Assembly (NCBI GenBank): GCA_046706365.1
Contig: JBJKPN010000183.1
Span: 1,818-65,817 of the forward strand
Origin: Candidatus Kryptoniota bacterium
GTDB taxonomy: Bacteria > Bacteroidota > Ignavibacteria > Kryptoniales > JAKASW01
Direction of reading: 5' to 3'
Length of the DNA: 64,000 nt
In this document: piece after piece, positions 43,214 to 55,180 of the stretch
Numbering within the stretch: the first letter of the stretch is position 1
Layout of the letters: each line of letters starts with the position of its first letter
Notes under the pieces: model-generated
The model's database searches: none
What the model was told of the DNA's origin: nothing
What the model saw: only the letters and a program-made list of their open reading frames with translations
Translations under genes and position numbers: made by a program

Positions 43214-46138
43214 GTGTTCACGAAAGCCTCGGGGCGCTTCAACCGTTGTCAGGGTTATGTATTAACGTCCGTTCTGTTTACGGCGCTGCTTCTTGCGTCG
43301 AGTGCGAACGCCTTCGGTTGGACGGGGCATCCGTCCGGTGGGGCGCAAATCTACAGGCAGGGTCCCACCATCAATCCGAACAAGCTCGCTCTTCCGGGGG
43401 TGATCGTGGTCAAATTCAAATCCGGAGTTGTCGGCAGCGTACAGAAGCTAATGAACCTTCCGGAACTGCAGGGGAGAATAGTTAGGGAAGCAAATGTCAG
43501 CTCCATGAGTCCTGTCCTGGGAATTCTGCACGTCAGGCTCGACAAATCCTCGGAAATACTCAACAATATCTACCTGGTCCATTATTCTGGGAGCGTCACC
43601 CCGGCTTTCCTCTCTCAGGCTCTCGATGCCAATCCGGATATTCAGTATGCGGAGCCCCATTACATGTACAAGGTCAGTGACGTCCAATACACTCCCAACG
43701 ATTCTCTCCTTTCGCAGCAGTACGCACTTTCTAAAATTGATGCGTTCAATGCGTGGAACATAACACTCGGTGACTCCAGCGTTATCGTCGGCATAGTAGA
43801 TACGGGCGTCGACTGGATGCATCCCGATTTGTTTGCAAACATCTGGCAGAATCCGCATTGGCAAACGGATACAAATTATCCTGACGATTCGATCGGGTGG
43901 GATTTCGGCGGTATTAACGGAACACCCGACAACAATCCGATGGAAGATTCTCCCGCTCACGGGACTCATGTTGCCGGAATCGTTGCTGCCGTTGCCAACA
44001 ACCGAATCGGCATCGCCGGCGTGGCTCCCGGATGCAGGATAATGCCTGTGAAAGTGTCTGAGGCCGACCAGGTGGACCCGACCACCGGTGAACCTTACAT
44101 CGTCTACGGATTCGAAGGTATCGCCTATGCTGCCAACAACGGCGCGCGCGTGATCAACTGCAGCTGGGGCGGCGTGGGTTATTCCCAGTATGAGCAGGAC
44201 GTGATTACTTATGCCGAATCCGAAGGAGCCCTCGTCGTAGCCGCCGCCGGCAACGACCACTCCACAGAATTCCAGACGCCGGCGTACTACGCCGGAGTTT
44301 TGTCCGTAGCTGCCACCGATGGGAACGACGTCGCGGCGTATTTCACAAACTACAGCTACAATGTCTCCGTATCCGCGCCGGGACTCGATATCATTTCAAC
44401 GTGGGGCACCGATTCTTACAGGGTACTGAGCGGGACCTCGATGGCCTCCCCCTGCGCTGCCGGAGTGGCCGCCCTCGTTGCAAGTGAACATCCCAACTAT
44501 ACACCGGAGCAGATCCTGGAACAGGTTCGAGTCAGTTCCGACAACATAAACTCCATCAATCCCGGGTACGTCGATGAGCTGGGTTATGGAAGGGTCAACG
44601 CCTACCGTGCGCTCACTTATTCTTCGCCGGGAGTTCAGGTCTCAAACATAACCATGAGCGATTCCGTAGGCGGCAACAACGACGGAATCTATACGGACGG
44701 CGAAACCATTCAGGTCTTCGGAAAGGTAACCGACTGGCTTCAGCCGACCAGCAACCTGAGGGTCTCGCTTTCATCCAACGACCCGAACGTTACCATAGTC
44801 AACGGCAGTGTCGCAATCGGCGCGCTGCAGACAAAGGGATCCTACGAGCTGCACGGGAGCAACCTCACTTTCAAAGTGGATCCCGGTACGCCGACCGACC
44901 ACGAGGCGACATTCTTCCTGACGATCACAGACGGCAATTATACCGATTACAGCAGTTTCAATGTCCTGCTGAATCCCATGTTCAATCAGATGGACGTAAA
45001 CAATATATATACCACCATCAGCGCCAAGGGGAATATCGGTTTCAACGATTATCCGAACAATACTCAGGGCGTAGGGTTTGTTTATACACCGGACAATAAC
45101 CAGCTCCTCTTCGAGGGAGCGTTCATGGCAGGTACTGAGGCGGATAAGGTGGTGGATGTCGCCCGCGATTCCACCCAGTACGCGAGCGAAGAGGACAACG
45201 ATTTCAAGCCGTTAGGCCTTGTCACCATCAAGACGCCGGGCACTGTCGCAGATCAGGAGGCCTTCACCGCCTTTACCGACAGCAACGCGACTTCGAACCG
45301 TATAGGCATCCAGGTGGACCTGCATTCGTTCGCCTTCAAGAGTGACTCGACCGCGAATTTCATAATTCTCCAGTATGCGATTAAGAACCTGAACTCGTCG
45401 GCGATACGAAACTTCTATGCCGGGCTCTTCCTCGATTGGGATATCGGCCCGAGCGGTGCAAACAACATTGCTGCGTACGACAAGAACTACCAGCTCGGAT
45501 ATGCGTACGATTCAACCAGGCTTACAAAGACCTACGCGGGGTGCGCACTCCTCAGCGGAGGGAACCCCAATTTCACTGCCATCGATAATGCCAGTCCGAC
45601 AAACGGGATCTACACCGGCTTCTCCAAGCTTCATAAGTGGACGGCGATGTCGAGCGGTACCTTAAACTCGTTTGCCGGGCCGAGTGACATTTCTATGGTA
45701 ATGGCCGGCGGACCGGTGGTGATCCAGCCTGCAGACAGCACGGTGCTCACGTTTGTACTCGCTGCGGGCGACACTCTCCAGGATTTGGAGAGAGCTGTGG
45801 CGGTCGCCAAGGGAACGTACGATCAGATTGTGGGTCCGGGTGCGATCCCAACTCTGAAGAATCTCGCCGAGCTGTATCAGAATTATCCCAATCCGTTCAA
45901 TCCGACCACCACAATTTCCTTTGCCCTGAAGGCCGGAGCGAACGTTACGGTCGATGTTTATAATGTTATCGGTCAAAAGGTCGGGACACTTACGAATGGA
46001 GCCTACCCGAGCGGTGGCCCGTATTATCTGAAACTGTCGAGCGACAACCTGGCGAGCGGAGTTTATTTCGTCAGATTGACGGCAAAGTCGGCCAGTCAGA
46101 CTTACACCGACGTCCGGAAGATAATGGTTCTTAAGTGA
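43214..46138 (+). CDS. S8 subtilisin-family serine peptidase with T9SS C-terminal sorting domain
   Basis: AAGGAG RBS before GTG 43214. Catalytic triad contexts 'VGIVDTGVD', 'HGTHVAGIV' and 'GTSMASPCAAG'. C-terminal 'NYPNPFNPTTTISFAL...VYNVIGQKV...GVYFVRL...KIMVLK' is a typical T9SS CTD. Confidence 0.85.
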   Translation: MFTKASGRFNRCQGYVLTSVLFTALLLASSANAFGWTGHPSGGAQIYRQGPTINPNKLALPGVIVVKFKSGVVGSVQKLMNLPELQGRIVREANVSSMSPVLGILHVRLDKSSEILNNIYLVHYSGSVTPAFLSQALDANPDIQYAEPHYMYKVSDVQYTPNDSLLSQQYALSKIDAFNAWNITLGDSSVIVGIVDTGVDWMHPDLFANIWQNPHWQTDTNYPDDSIGWDFGGINGTPDNNPMEDSPAHGTHVAGIVAAVANNRIGIAGVAPGCRIMPVKVSEADQVDPTTGEPYIVYGFEGIAYAANNGARVINCSWGGVGYSQYEQDVITYAESEGALVVAAAGNDHSTEFQTPAYYAGVLSVAATDGNDVAAYFTNYSYNVSVSAPGLDIISTWGTDSYRVLSGTSMASPCAAGVAALVASEHPNYTPEQILEQVRVSSDNINSINPGYVDELGYGRVNAYRALTYSSPGVQVSNITMSDSVGGNNDGIYTDGETIQVFGKVTDWLQPTSNLRVSLSSNDPNVTIVNGSVAIGALQTKGSYELHGSNLTFKVDPGTPTDHEATFFLTITDGNYTDYSSFNVLLNPMFNQMDVNNIYTTISAKGNIGFNDYPNNTQGVGFVYTPDNNQLLFEGAFMAGTEADKVVDVARDSTQYASEEDNDFKPLGLVTIKTPGTVADQEAFTAFTDSNATSNRIGIQVDLHSFAFKSDSTANFIILQYAIKNLNSSAIRNFYAGLFLDWDIGPSGANNIAAYDKNYQLGYAYDSTRLTKTYAGCALLSGGNPNFTAIDNASPTNGIYTGFSKLHKWTAMSSGTLNSFAGPSDISMVMAGGPVVIQPADSTVLTFVLAAGDTLQDLERAVAVAKGTYDQIVGPGAIPTLKNLAELYQNYPNPFNPTTTISFALKAGANVTVDVYNVIGQKVGTLTNGAYPSGGPYYLKLSSDNLASGVYFVRLTAKSASQTYTDVRKIMVLK

Positions 46139-46216
46139 TGATCGAACGCTAAGGCGACGGCATTCGTCTTCGCGTCCGATTTGCGAACCGTGCCGTCGAA
46201 AGCTTCTTTTCCTTTG

Positions 46217-46690
46217 CTACTTCGAATACTTCTCTTTGAGGAATGACCGGAGCTCCTCGAAGCCGGCGAATATCCGGTCGGTGCAGCCCAGTACCCAGCT
46301 CGGAATCGACGGGAATTCCATTCCCTGGACAAGATAGACTGGCTTGCCAAAAATCCGCGCGACCGTAAGCTCTCCCTTGGTGCCCGCTCCCCGCTGAGCA
46401 CTTTCGTCGTAGTAGCAAATCACGTAATCGCTGTGCAGTATTATCTCTTTGCTGTCCAGCTCTACTATTTCCGCGGCTATCTTGAGGTGAGTTTGCAGGT
46501 CGTCCGCCTTCGAACGGCGGAAGTCGACATCCGGATATCCCGATTTCAGGAATTTTTCGCTTGCGATAACGGGATTGAACGGTTCATGACTAAGCTCTTT
46601 TTTCAGCCACTTACCCATTTCTTTTCGCCAGTCCGCACCGTAGTTCTCCGCGTATTCCATGCCTCCCGACAGATATGCTTTTAGCGTCAT
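46217..46690 (-). CDS. nucleoside 2-deoxyribosyltransferase-like (Rossmann-like) small protein
   Basis: 'KAYLSGGM' N-terminal strand-loop and 'GAGTKGELTVARIFGKPVYLV' (conserved Glu context) resemble the NDT/Rcl-like fold. Tentative. Confidence 0.4.
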   Translation of the reverse strand: MTLKAYLSGGMEYAENYGADWRKEMGKWLKKELSHEPFNPVIASEKFLKSGYPDVDFRRSKADDLQTHLKIAAEIVELDSKEIILHSDYVICYYDESAQRGAGTKGELTVARIFGKPVYLVQGMEFPSIPSWVLGCTDRIFAGFEELRSFLKEKYSK

Positions 46691-46838
46691 GAATCAAAAT
46701 AACAACTTGATCGGGATTAGTCCAAGCTCATTGCGGCCCTATCAGTCAACGTCGAACACGTTGTAATGTTCAGTGTCGGCACGTCTGCCCAATTCAACCC
46801 GTTCCGGTTTGAATTAACAGGCTACGCTGTTCATATTA

Positions 46839-47426
46839 ATGCTGAAATTCAACACGTCGAAAGGGATCAATATGCTGATACCGGCAGCAGAGACAACGAA
46901 GCAGGAACCGAAGGACGAGCTGTTGAGGGCCGTCAATGAAGCGATTACAAAAATTCTGACGGCGGTTTACCTTGCCCTTTTTGCGCTGGTCATTTTTCTC
47001 GGCCTTACTTTTGCTTGGAGCATGCGACAGACTGCCGGCGCTGGCCCTGGGGGAGGATGGAGCGGGTTTAGCACGTCGGCTCTACTGGCAACCATGATGG
47101 TTCTCCTCGCACTGTCTTTCTATCTCGGCAGGGAATGGGAACGCAGGCGGCCGAGACGGAGATTTAAAATGATTCGATTCCCCAAAGACCAGCTGTTATG
47201 GAAGGGCTTTCTCAAGGACGGCACAGTCGAACAGATGCCGTACTGCCCGGAGCACAGCATGCGTTTGTTCATGCGCAACAACGAATATCATTGTCCTAAA
47301 TGCGGAAGCGAGAGATTTGAAGCCTACAAGTGGCCGGACAACATTCCAAACCCTCGCTTCGAGCAAATTCACCGGGGTGCCGTGTCCATACTTCAGGGTT
47401 ATCTCGACAACAAAGCGCAGCTGTGA
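46839..47426 (+). CDS. hypothetical membrane protein with C-terminal zinc-ribbon
   Basis: Two TM helices followed by 'CPEHSMRLFMRNNEYHCPKCG' (CPxH...CPxC). The start may be ATG 46872. Confidence 0.4.
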   Translation: MLKFNTSKGINMLIPAAETTKQEPKDELLRAVNEAITKILTAVYLALFALVIFLGLTFAWSMRQTAGAGPGGGWSGFSTSALLATMMVLLALSFYLGREWERRRPRRRFKMIRFPKDQLLWKGFLKDGTVEQMPYCPEHSMRLFMRNNEYHCPKCGSERFEAYKWPDNIPNPRFEQIHRGAVSILQGYLDNKAQL

Positions 47427-47575
47427 AGAGATATCTCATAATGAAATTCTGATTCGCGTACACGGGGTGTGCTTCCATCGAGATTTGGCGATTCCGAAAA
47501 AATTTCAGCCTCTTAATACTTGACATTAGTTTCCAGATTATTATATTACAGAAGTTCTTTAAACAAGTTGTAAGA

Positions 47576-47732
47576 CATCATCGAGAAGGGTGGAGGGATC
47601 AGGCCCGACGAAACCCTGGCAACCGTCCCGGCTAATCTTAAAGATTTGTCGGGAGTCCGGTGCTAACTCCTGCCCATGGATTCTGCTGCGCCGGTGGCGC
47701 AACCGCCAATGGCTGAATGGGAAAGATGAGCT
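47576..47732 (+). promoter_or_regulatory. SAM-I (S-box) riboswitch
   Basis: 'CAUCAUCGAGAAGGGUGGAGGGAUCAGGCCCGACGAAACCCUGGCAACC...GGUGCUAACUCCUGC...AAAGAUGAG' matches the SAM-I core (GGUGGAGGGA, GGCCCGAxGAAACCC, GCAACC, GGUGCUAA) and has a P1 closing helix. Located upstream of metY. Confidence 0.9.
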
Positions 47733-47743
47733 AAGAAATACGA

Positions 47744-47784
47744 CCTCTTCTTGCCATCGTTCCGGAGCAGGGAGAGGTTTTTTT
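47744..47784 (+). terminator. riboswitch expression-platform terminator
   Basis: 11-bp stem cctcttcttgc/gcagggagagg (47744-47754 and 47767-47777) followed by T7 (47778-47784), 33 nt before the metY ATG. Confidence 0.8.
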
Positions 47785-47817
47785 GTGGTTAATAATAAAG
47801 AGAGGAGAAGGAAATAG

Positions 47818-50270
<2,453 letters not shown>

Positions 50271-50547
50271 CTTTCCAGGGCGCTCCGGCTGGTTCTGAAT
50301 GAAGAAGAGGTAACAAGAATGCTCCATCCGATTGAAAAGGAGGCATCGGTAACTGTTTGATTTCTGCGAAGCCCTGTTTCGTGCCACATTGGAAGTCTCC
50401 CGCGCCAGATGAGTCTCCGACCGAAGAATACTTGCCCATCCCGCATTTCCCAGTCTTTGTTGCCTCCTGGTGGCATACAACCCCAAATTTCGTTAGATTG
50501 CTACTTACGGCGTGTTTCACTAAACTAAATTCACATTTGAACAGATA

Positions 50548-52092
50548 ATGCACATCCTGCTGGTTGACGACGACTTGCATAACCGTTTTACACTTTCCGA
50601 AGTACTAAGAGCCGAGGGCTTTTCAGTTGAAACTGCCTCGGACGGATATGAAGCTTTGGAAATTGTGGAAAGCAGGAAGTTCGATGCCATTATCTCGGAT
50701 GCCCTGATGCCTCATATGGACGGATTCGCGCTTTGCAGGGCTTTGAAGTCCCGGGAAGACAACAGATCCGTCCCTTTTATTCTCCTGACGGGAGAATATA
50801 TGGAGAAATCCGATGAGGAGTTTGCCCTGAGCGTTGGAGCCTCAAGAGTGCTTCAGAAAACGGGAAATGTCGAGGAGCTGCTGCAGACCTTGAATCACCT
50901 CAATGTGCTCCCTCAAGCCAAGAGCCTTGCAGAAGGGGTCGATGACCACCTGGCCGAAGGCGAATACCTGAAGGAATACAACAGCGTTCTCATAAGAAGG
51001 CTCGAGGCGAAGATGAAGGAGCTTGAAGAGGTCAATCGCAAACTCCTGGAAAGAAACGCCCAGCTCGACTACGAACAGAGAAAATACAGGCAACTCTTTC
51101 TCTCTGCCAACGACGGGATTCTGCTCGTGAACCAGGACAATGGAATCATCACCGAGGCTAACGCGCACGCTAGCAAAATCCTGAGATCGACAGAAACGGA
51201 TCTGTCCGGAGAGAAGTTGAACGAGCTCAAGCCGTTCGGGGAACTGCTTGCCGATAAAATATCCCGGGCAGAATCGGTCCAGTTCGAGAGCTCGTACAAG
51301 AACGGCAGCTCGGAAACATTTCTCGACATTGCGGGCGCACCGATAGGGACGGAGGACAATCTCTATTTGATTATCCTGAGGAACGTCACGAGACGCAAGG
51401 AGTGGCTCGAGAGGTTCATAGCAATGGACAAGCTTCGGGCGCTCGGGAGGCTCTCGCACGGACTTGTACACGAGATAAGGAACCCGCTGAACGTTGTATC
51501 CGTGAACCTGCAGTTTCTGGAGAGAAGCCTGGATCAGAATTCCGCCGAGCGGAGGCAGACCCTGCAGGCTCTTGATGGAGTGAATGCCATCGAGAAGGTT
51601 ATTCGTGAGACCATGAATTTTGCCAGGCCTCAGACTCCCGCGAAGGCGCCTTTCAGGCTGACTACGATTATCTCCGAGATAGGCGGGCTGGCAAAAACAT
51701 CGCTTCTCAAATCCAGGATAAAACTTGTGATAGAGAAAGCGGCCATAGACGACGCCGTCATGGCAGATAAGTCTCAGGTTCTTCACGCGGTATTTAACAT
51801 AGTCCAGAACGCCATCGAAGCCATGACGGATGGCGGGACGCTGAACTTTGGACTCGAGGAGTCGGCAGAGGAAGGTGAAATCATTCTCAAGATCACGGAC
51901 ACCGGAATAGGAATGGATGAGGAAAACGTCAAGCTTGCCGTCGAGCCCTTCTACACAACCAAAGAGGGCGCCAGCGGCATGGGATTATCGATCTCGAACC
52001 GGCTCCTGGAACTGAACGGGGCGAGTCTCGGTCTCGAAAGCCGGCCGAATGTCGGAACGGCGGTCATAATTCATTTCCAAAGATGGAGATGA
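50548..52092 (+). CDS. receiver-PAS-histidine kinase (REC-PAS-HisKA-HATPase_c)
   Basis: N-terminal receiver 'ILLVDDD...ISDALMPHMDG', H-box 'LSHGLVHEIRNPL', G-boxes 'DTGIGMD' and 'ASGMGLS'. Confidence 0.85.
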   Translation: MHILLVDDDLHNRFTLSEVLRAEGFSVETASDGYEALEIVESRKFDAIISDALMPHMDGFALCRALKSREDNRSVPFILLTGEYMEKSDEEFALSVGASRVLQKTGNVEELLQTLNHLNVLPQAKSLAEGVDDHLAEGEYLKEYNSVLIRRLEAKMKELEEVNRKLLERNAQLDYEQRKYRQLFLSANDGILLVNQDNGIITEANAHASKILRSTETDLSGEKLNELKPFGELLADKISRAESVQFESSYKNGSSETFLDIAGAPIGTEDNLYLIILRNVTRRKEWLERFIAMDKLRALGRLSHGLVHEIRNPLNVVSVNLQFLERSLDQNSAERRQTLQALDGVNAIEKVIRETMNFARPQTPAKAPFRLTTIISEIGGLAKTSLLKSRIKLVIEKAAIDDAVMADKSQVLHAVFNIVQNAIEAMTDGGTLNFGLEESAEEGEIILKITDTGIGMDEENVKLAVEPFYTTKEGASGMGLSISNRLLELNGASLGLESRPNVGTAVIIHFQRWR

Positions 52093-53513
52093 GAATGGGA
52101 AGCAGAAAACTACTGATTGTTGACGACGACGAACTACTGAACAATTCTTTGAACACTGTCCTCACGAGGAGCGGCTACGAGGTTCTGTCGGTTGTCAACG
52201 GCGAAGAGGCGTTTCAACAGATCGTAGATTTCCAACCGGATGTCGTTCTGCTCGATCTTTACCTCGGATCCATGACCGGGCTGGATATCCTCCAGAAACT
52301 CAGGAGCGAAAACAACGACACGCCGGTTATTCTCATTACGGCGTTTTCGGACGTCAACAGTGCCGTCAAGGCCATAAAGCTCGGTGCCGAGGATTTCGTA
52401 CTCAAACCGCTGGACCTCGAACAGCTTGAAATACTGATCAACAAGACTCTCAGCCGGAAGAATCTGGAACGCCGGTATGAGCTCCTGAAGGACGAACTGC
52501 AGCAGAAGTTCGGTCCTTACATGATCGTCGGCAAGAGCGAAAACCTGAAGAAGGTTATCCATACCGGCGAACGGCTTGCCAGGGCCGACACGACAGTCCT
52601 CATTATCGGTGAAAGCGGATCGGGCAAGGAGCTCATAGCACGGCTGGTTCACGAGAAAAGCGACCGCTCCGACGGACCGTTCATCTCCATCAACTGCGGC
52701 GCCATACCCAAAGAGCTCGCCGAAAGCGAGCTGTTCGGCTATGAGAAGGGTGCATTCACCGGTGCCATGGACAAGATGAGGCAGGGCAAGTTCGAGCTTG
52801 CAAACAGGGGAACAATTCTCCTCGACGAAGTCGGCGAGCTCAACCATGAGACACAGGTGAAGCTCCTTCGTGTGCTCGAGACCAAGAGATTTTACAGGCT
52901 GGGAGGCGCAAAGGAGATAAGCGTCGACGTTCGTATAATCGCCGCGACAAACAAGAATCTGAAAACTGCGGTCGAGAAGGGTACCTTCCGCGAGGATCTT
53001 TACTACCGTTTGAATGTCGCGCAGCTACAGGTGCCGGCCCTCCGGGAAAGAACCGAAGACATAGCACTTCTGGCGAACACGTTTCTGGACGAGTTCAACA
53101 AGAAGTTCGGGAAATCGATAAAGGGATTCACCCCCGACGGGCTGAGGGCTCTTGAAAAGTACCGCTGGCCGGGGAATGTCCGGGAGCTCAAAAACGCTAT
53201 CGAGCGTGTTACCCTCCTCGAGAATGAACCCTTCATCAAGCCGGAGCATCTCGCATTCCTCGATTATCATCCTGGCTTCAATTCTGCGAAGATGATAGAG
53301 GAAAACAATATCGTCTCTATCCCCAACCAGGGGATCAAAATGGACGAAATAATGCGCGAGGCGATCCTGCAAACGCTCAACATTACAGGAGGGAACCAGA
53401 TCCAGGCGGCTAAGATACTCGGCCTAACGAGATCTCGCCTGCGTTACCGGATGCAGCAGCTCAAAATCAAGTACGAGCCGAAGAGAGAGGTCTCCGAAGG
53501 TACGAGAGGATGA
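52089..53513 (+). CDS. sigma-54-dependent response regulator (NtrC family)
   Basis: Receiver 'LLIVDDDE...DLYLGSMTG', AAA+ Walker A 'GESGSGKE', 'GAFTGA' sigma-54 contact loop and C-terminal Fis-type HTH. ATGA overlap with the kinase stop. Confidence 0.9.
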   Translation: MRMGSRKLLIVDDDELLNNSLNTVLTRSGYEVLSVVNGEEAFQQIVDFQPDVVLLDLYLGSMTGLDILQKLRSENNDTPVILITAFSDVNSAVKAIKLGAEDFVLKPLDLEQLEILINKTLSRKNLERRYELLKDELQQKFGPYMIVGKSENLKKVIHTGERLARADTTVLIIGESGSGKELIARLVHEKSDRSDGPFISINCGAIPKELAESELFGYEKGAFTGAMDKMRQGKFELANRGTILLDEVGELNHETQVKLLRVLETKRFYRLGGAKEISVDVRIIAATNKNLKTAVEKGTFREDLYYRLNVAQLQVPALRERTEDIALLANTFLDEFNKKFGKSIKGFTPDGLRALEKYRWPGNVRELKNAIERVTLLENEPFIKPEHLAFLDYHPGFNSAKMIEENNIVSIPNQGIKMDEIMREAILQTLNITGGNQIQAAKILGLTRSRLRYRMQQLKIKYEPKREVSEGTRG

Positions 53514-54976
53514 GTCAAAGTCCGGTAAGGGTGCGGTTTGCACCGAGTCCGACTGGTTTTCTCCACGTCGGCGGCCTTCGCACGGCATTATACAATTACC
53601 TGCTCGCCAGAAAAACCAAAGGGGCTTTCGTTCTCCGTATTGAAGACACCGACCGCGGCCGCTATGTGGAGGGCGCCGTAGAAAATCTGATAAAGACGCT
53701 GAGATGGGCGGGACTCGATTATGACGAGGGCCCGGTTGCCGGCGGAGAGTTCGGGCCGTACGTTCAGAGCGAGCGGACGGAAATCTACAGGAAACACGCC
53801 GATATACTCCTCGAACAGAAGATGGCTTACCGCTGCTTTTGCACTCCCGATAGGCTCGAACAAATGCGCAGGGAGCAGGAGAAACAGAAACTCACCCCGA
53901 AATACGACAGGACGTGCCTGAGGCTTTCAGATGAAGAGATCCGGGAGAATCTTGACTCCGGCAAACCTTTTGTCGTCAGGATGAGAGTTCCTGACGATGT
54001 AGTCGTCGGATTCTCCGACATCGTCCGCGGTGAAGTCGAGTTCAACACGAAACAAATCGACGACCAGGTCCTCATAAAATCGGATGGATATCCCACTTAC
54101 CACCTGGCCAACGTGGTCGACGACCATCTCATGCAAATATCGCATGTCATACGGGGCGAAGAATGGCTGTCAAGCACGCCGAAGCACGTTCTGCTTTACA
54201 GGGCATTCGGATGGGAACTCCCAAAGTTCGCGCATCTCCCGCTGCTGCTCAACCCGGACCGGTCGAAGCTCAGCAAGCGGCAGGGCGACGTTGCCGTCGA
54301 GGACTACCGCGACAAAGGATACCTGAAGGAGGCACTGCTCAACTTCATAGCGCTGCTCGGGTGGAACCCGGGCGACGACCGCGAGATATTCACGCTCGGC
54401 GAACTGGAGAACGAATTCTCGCTGGAGAAAGTGAACAAGTCGGGCGCAGTATTCAACGTCGAAAAGCTGAACTGGCTCAACTTCCAGCACCTGCGGCAGA
54501 AGCCGGACAACGAAGTCCTCGCGATGTTGAAGGATCACCTTTCGAAGTCATCTGTAGACGTCTCGCAATTCACCGACGAGTACCTCCTTTCCGTGATCGG
54601 TGCCATGCGAGAGCGGGTTACATTCATTAAAGACTATACCGAGAAGAGTCCTTACTTTTTCCGCGCACCGGAGGAATATGATCCGGCCGTCGTAAAGAAG
54701 CGGTGGAAGCCGCAGTCCGCAGAGTATTTGAAGAAGCTGATAAATGAGTTTGAGAATCTGCCCGGGCCGCAGAAGGCGGATTACGAAGAGACCTTACACC
54801 GGACCGCCAGCGAGTTAAGCATCGGAAACGGCCAGCTCATCCACCCACTCAGGCTTGCAGTCTCGGGCATGGGGGAGGGACCGGGACTGTTCGATATCGT
54901 GGTCATTCTCGGCAAGGACGAAACCATCCGCAGGATGCAGATGGCAATTGAGAAGATTAAACCCGCCGATGCATAA
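53510..54976 (+). CDS. gltX: glutamate--tRNA ligase
   Basis: HIGH-type 'PTGFLHVGGLRTAL' and 'KLSKRQ' motifs. ATGA overlap with the upstream regulator stop. Confidence 0.95.
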   Translation: MSQSPVRVRFAPSPTGFLHVGGLRTALYNYLLARKTKGAFVLRIEDTDRGRYVEGAVENLIKTLRWAGLDYDEGPVAGGEFGPYVQSERTEIYRKHADILLEQKMAYRCFCTPDRLEQMRREQEKQKLTPKYDRTCLRLSDEEIRENLDSGKPFVVRMRVPDDVVVGFSDIVRGEVEFNTKQIDDQVLIKSDGYPTYHLANVVDDHLMQISHVIRGEEWLSSTPKHVLLYRAFGWELPKFAHLPLLLNPDRSKLSKRQGDVAVEDYRDKGYLKEALLNFIALLGWNPGDDREIFTLGELENEFSLEKVNKSGAVFNVEKLNWLNFQHLRQKPDNEVLAMLKDHLSKSSVDVSQFTDEYLLSVIGAMRERVTFIKDYTEKSPYFFRAPEEYDPAVVKKRWKPQSAEYLKKLINEFENLPGPQKADYEETLHRTASELSIGNGQLIHPLRLAVSGMGEGPGLFDIVVILGKDETIRRMQMAIEKIKPADA

Positions 54977-55180
54977 AGGAGGTGCGGCGATCCGGTTTTT
55001 GTAATCCAACCGTGATTCCTGCCGCCAAGCCGGCACCATTAGTTCAAAAAGCCGACATCTATCCTTCACTCCACCGCTTCATCCTGACAACCACCGAATT
55101 CCTTTGTAATTTTCTCCGAAACTTGCGAATATGTGAAACAGAATCGGCATTACTTCTTAATCTATCACTCGGTGGCTTTC

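Noticed and set aside
50271-50547. Possible sigma-54 promoter ('tggtggcatacaacccc') upstream of the REC-PAS kinase operon
   Set aside because: It has a GGCA -24-like element but no TTGC/TGC -12 element at the required spacing. Similar partial matches at 34720-34745, 46790-46805 and 60670-60690 also fail the spacing test.
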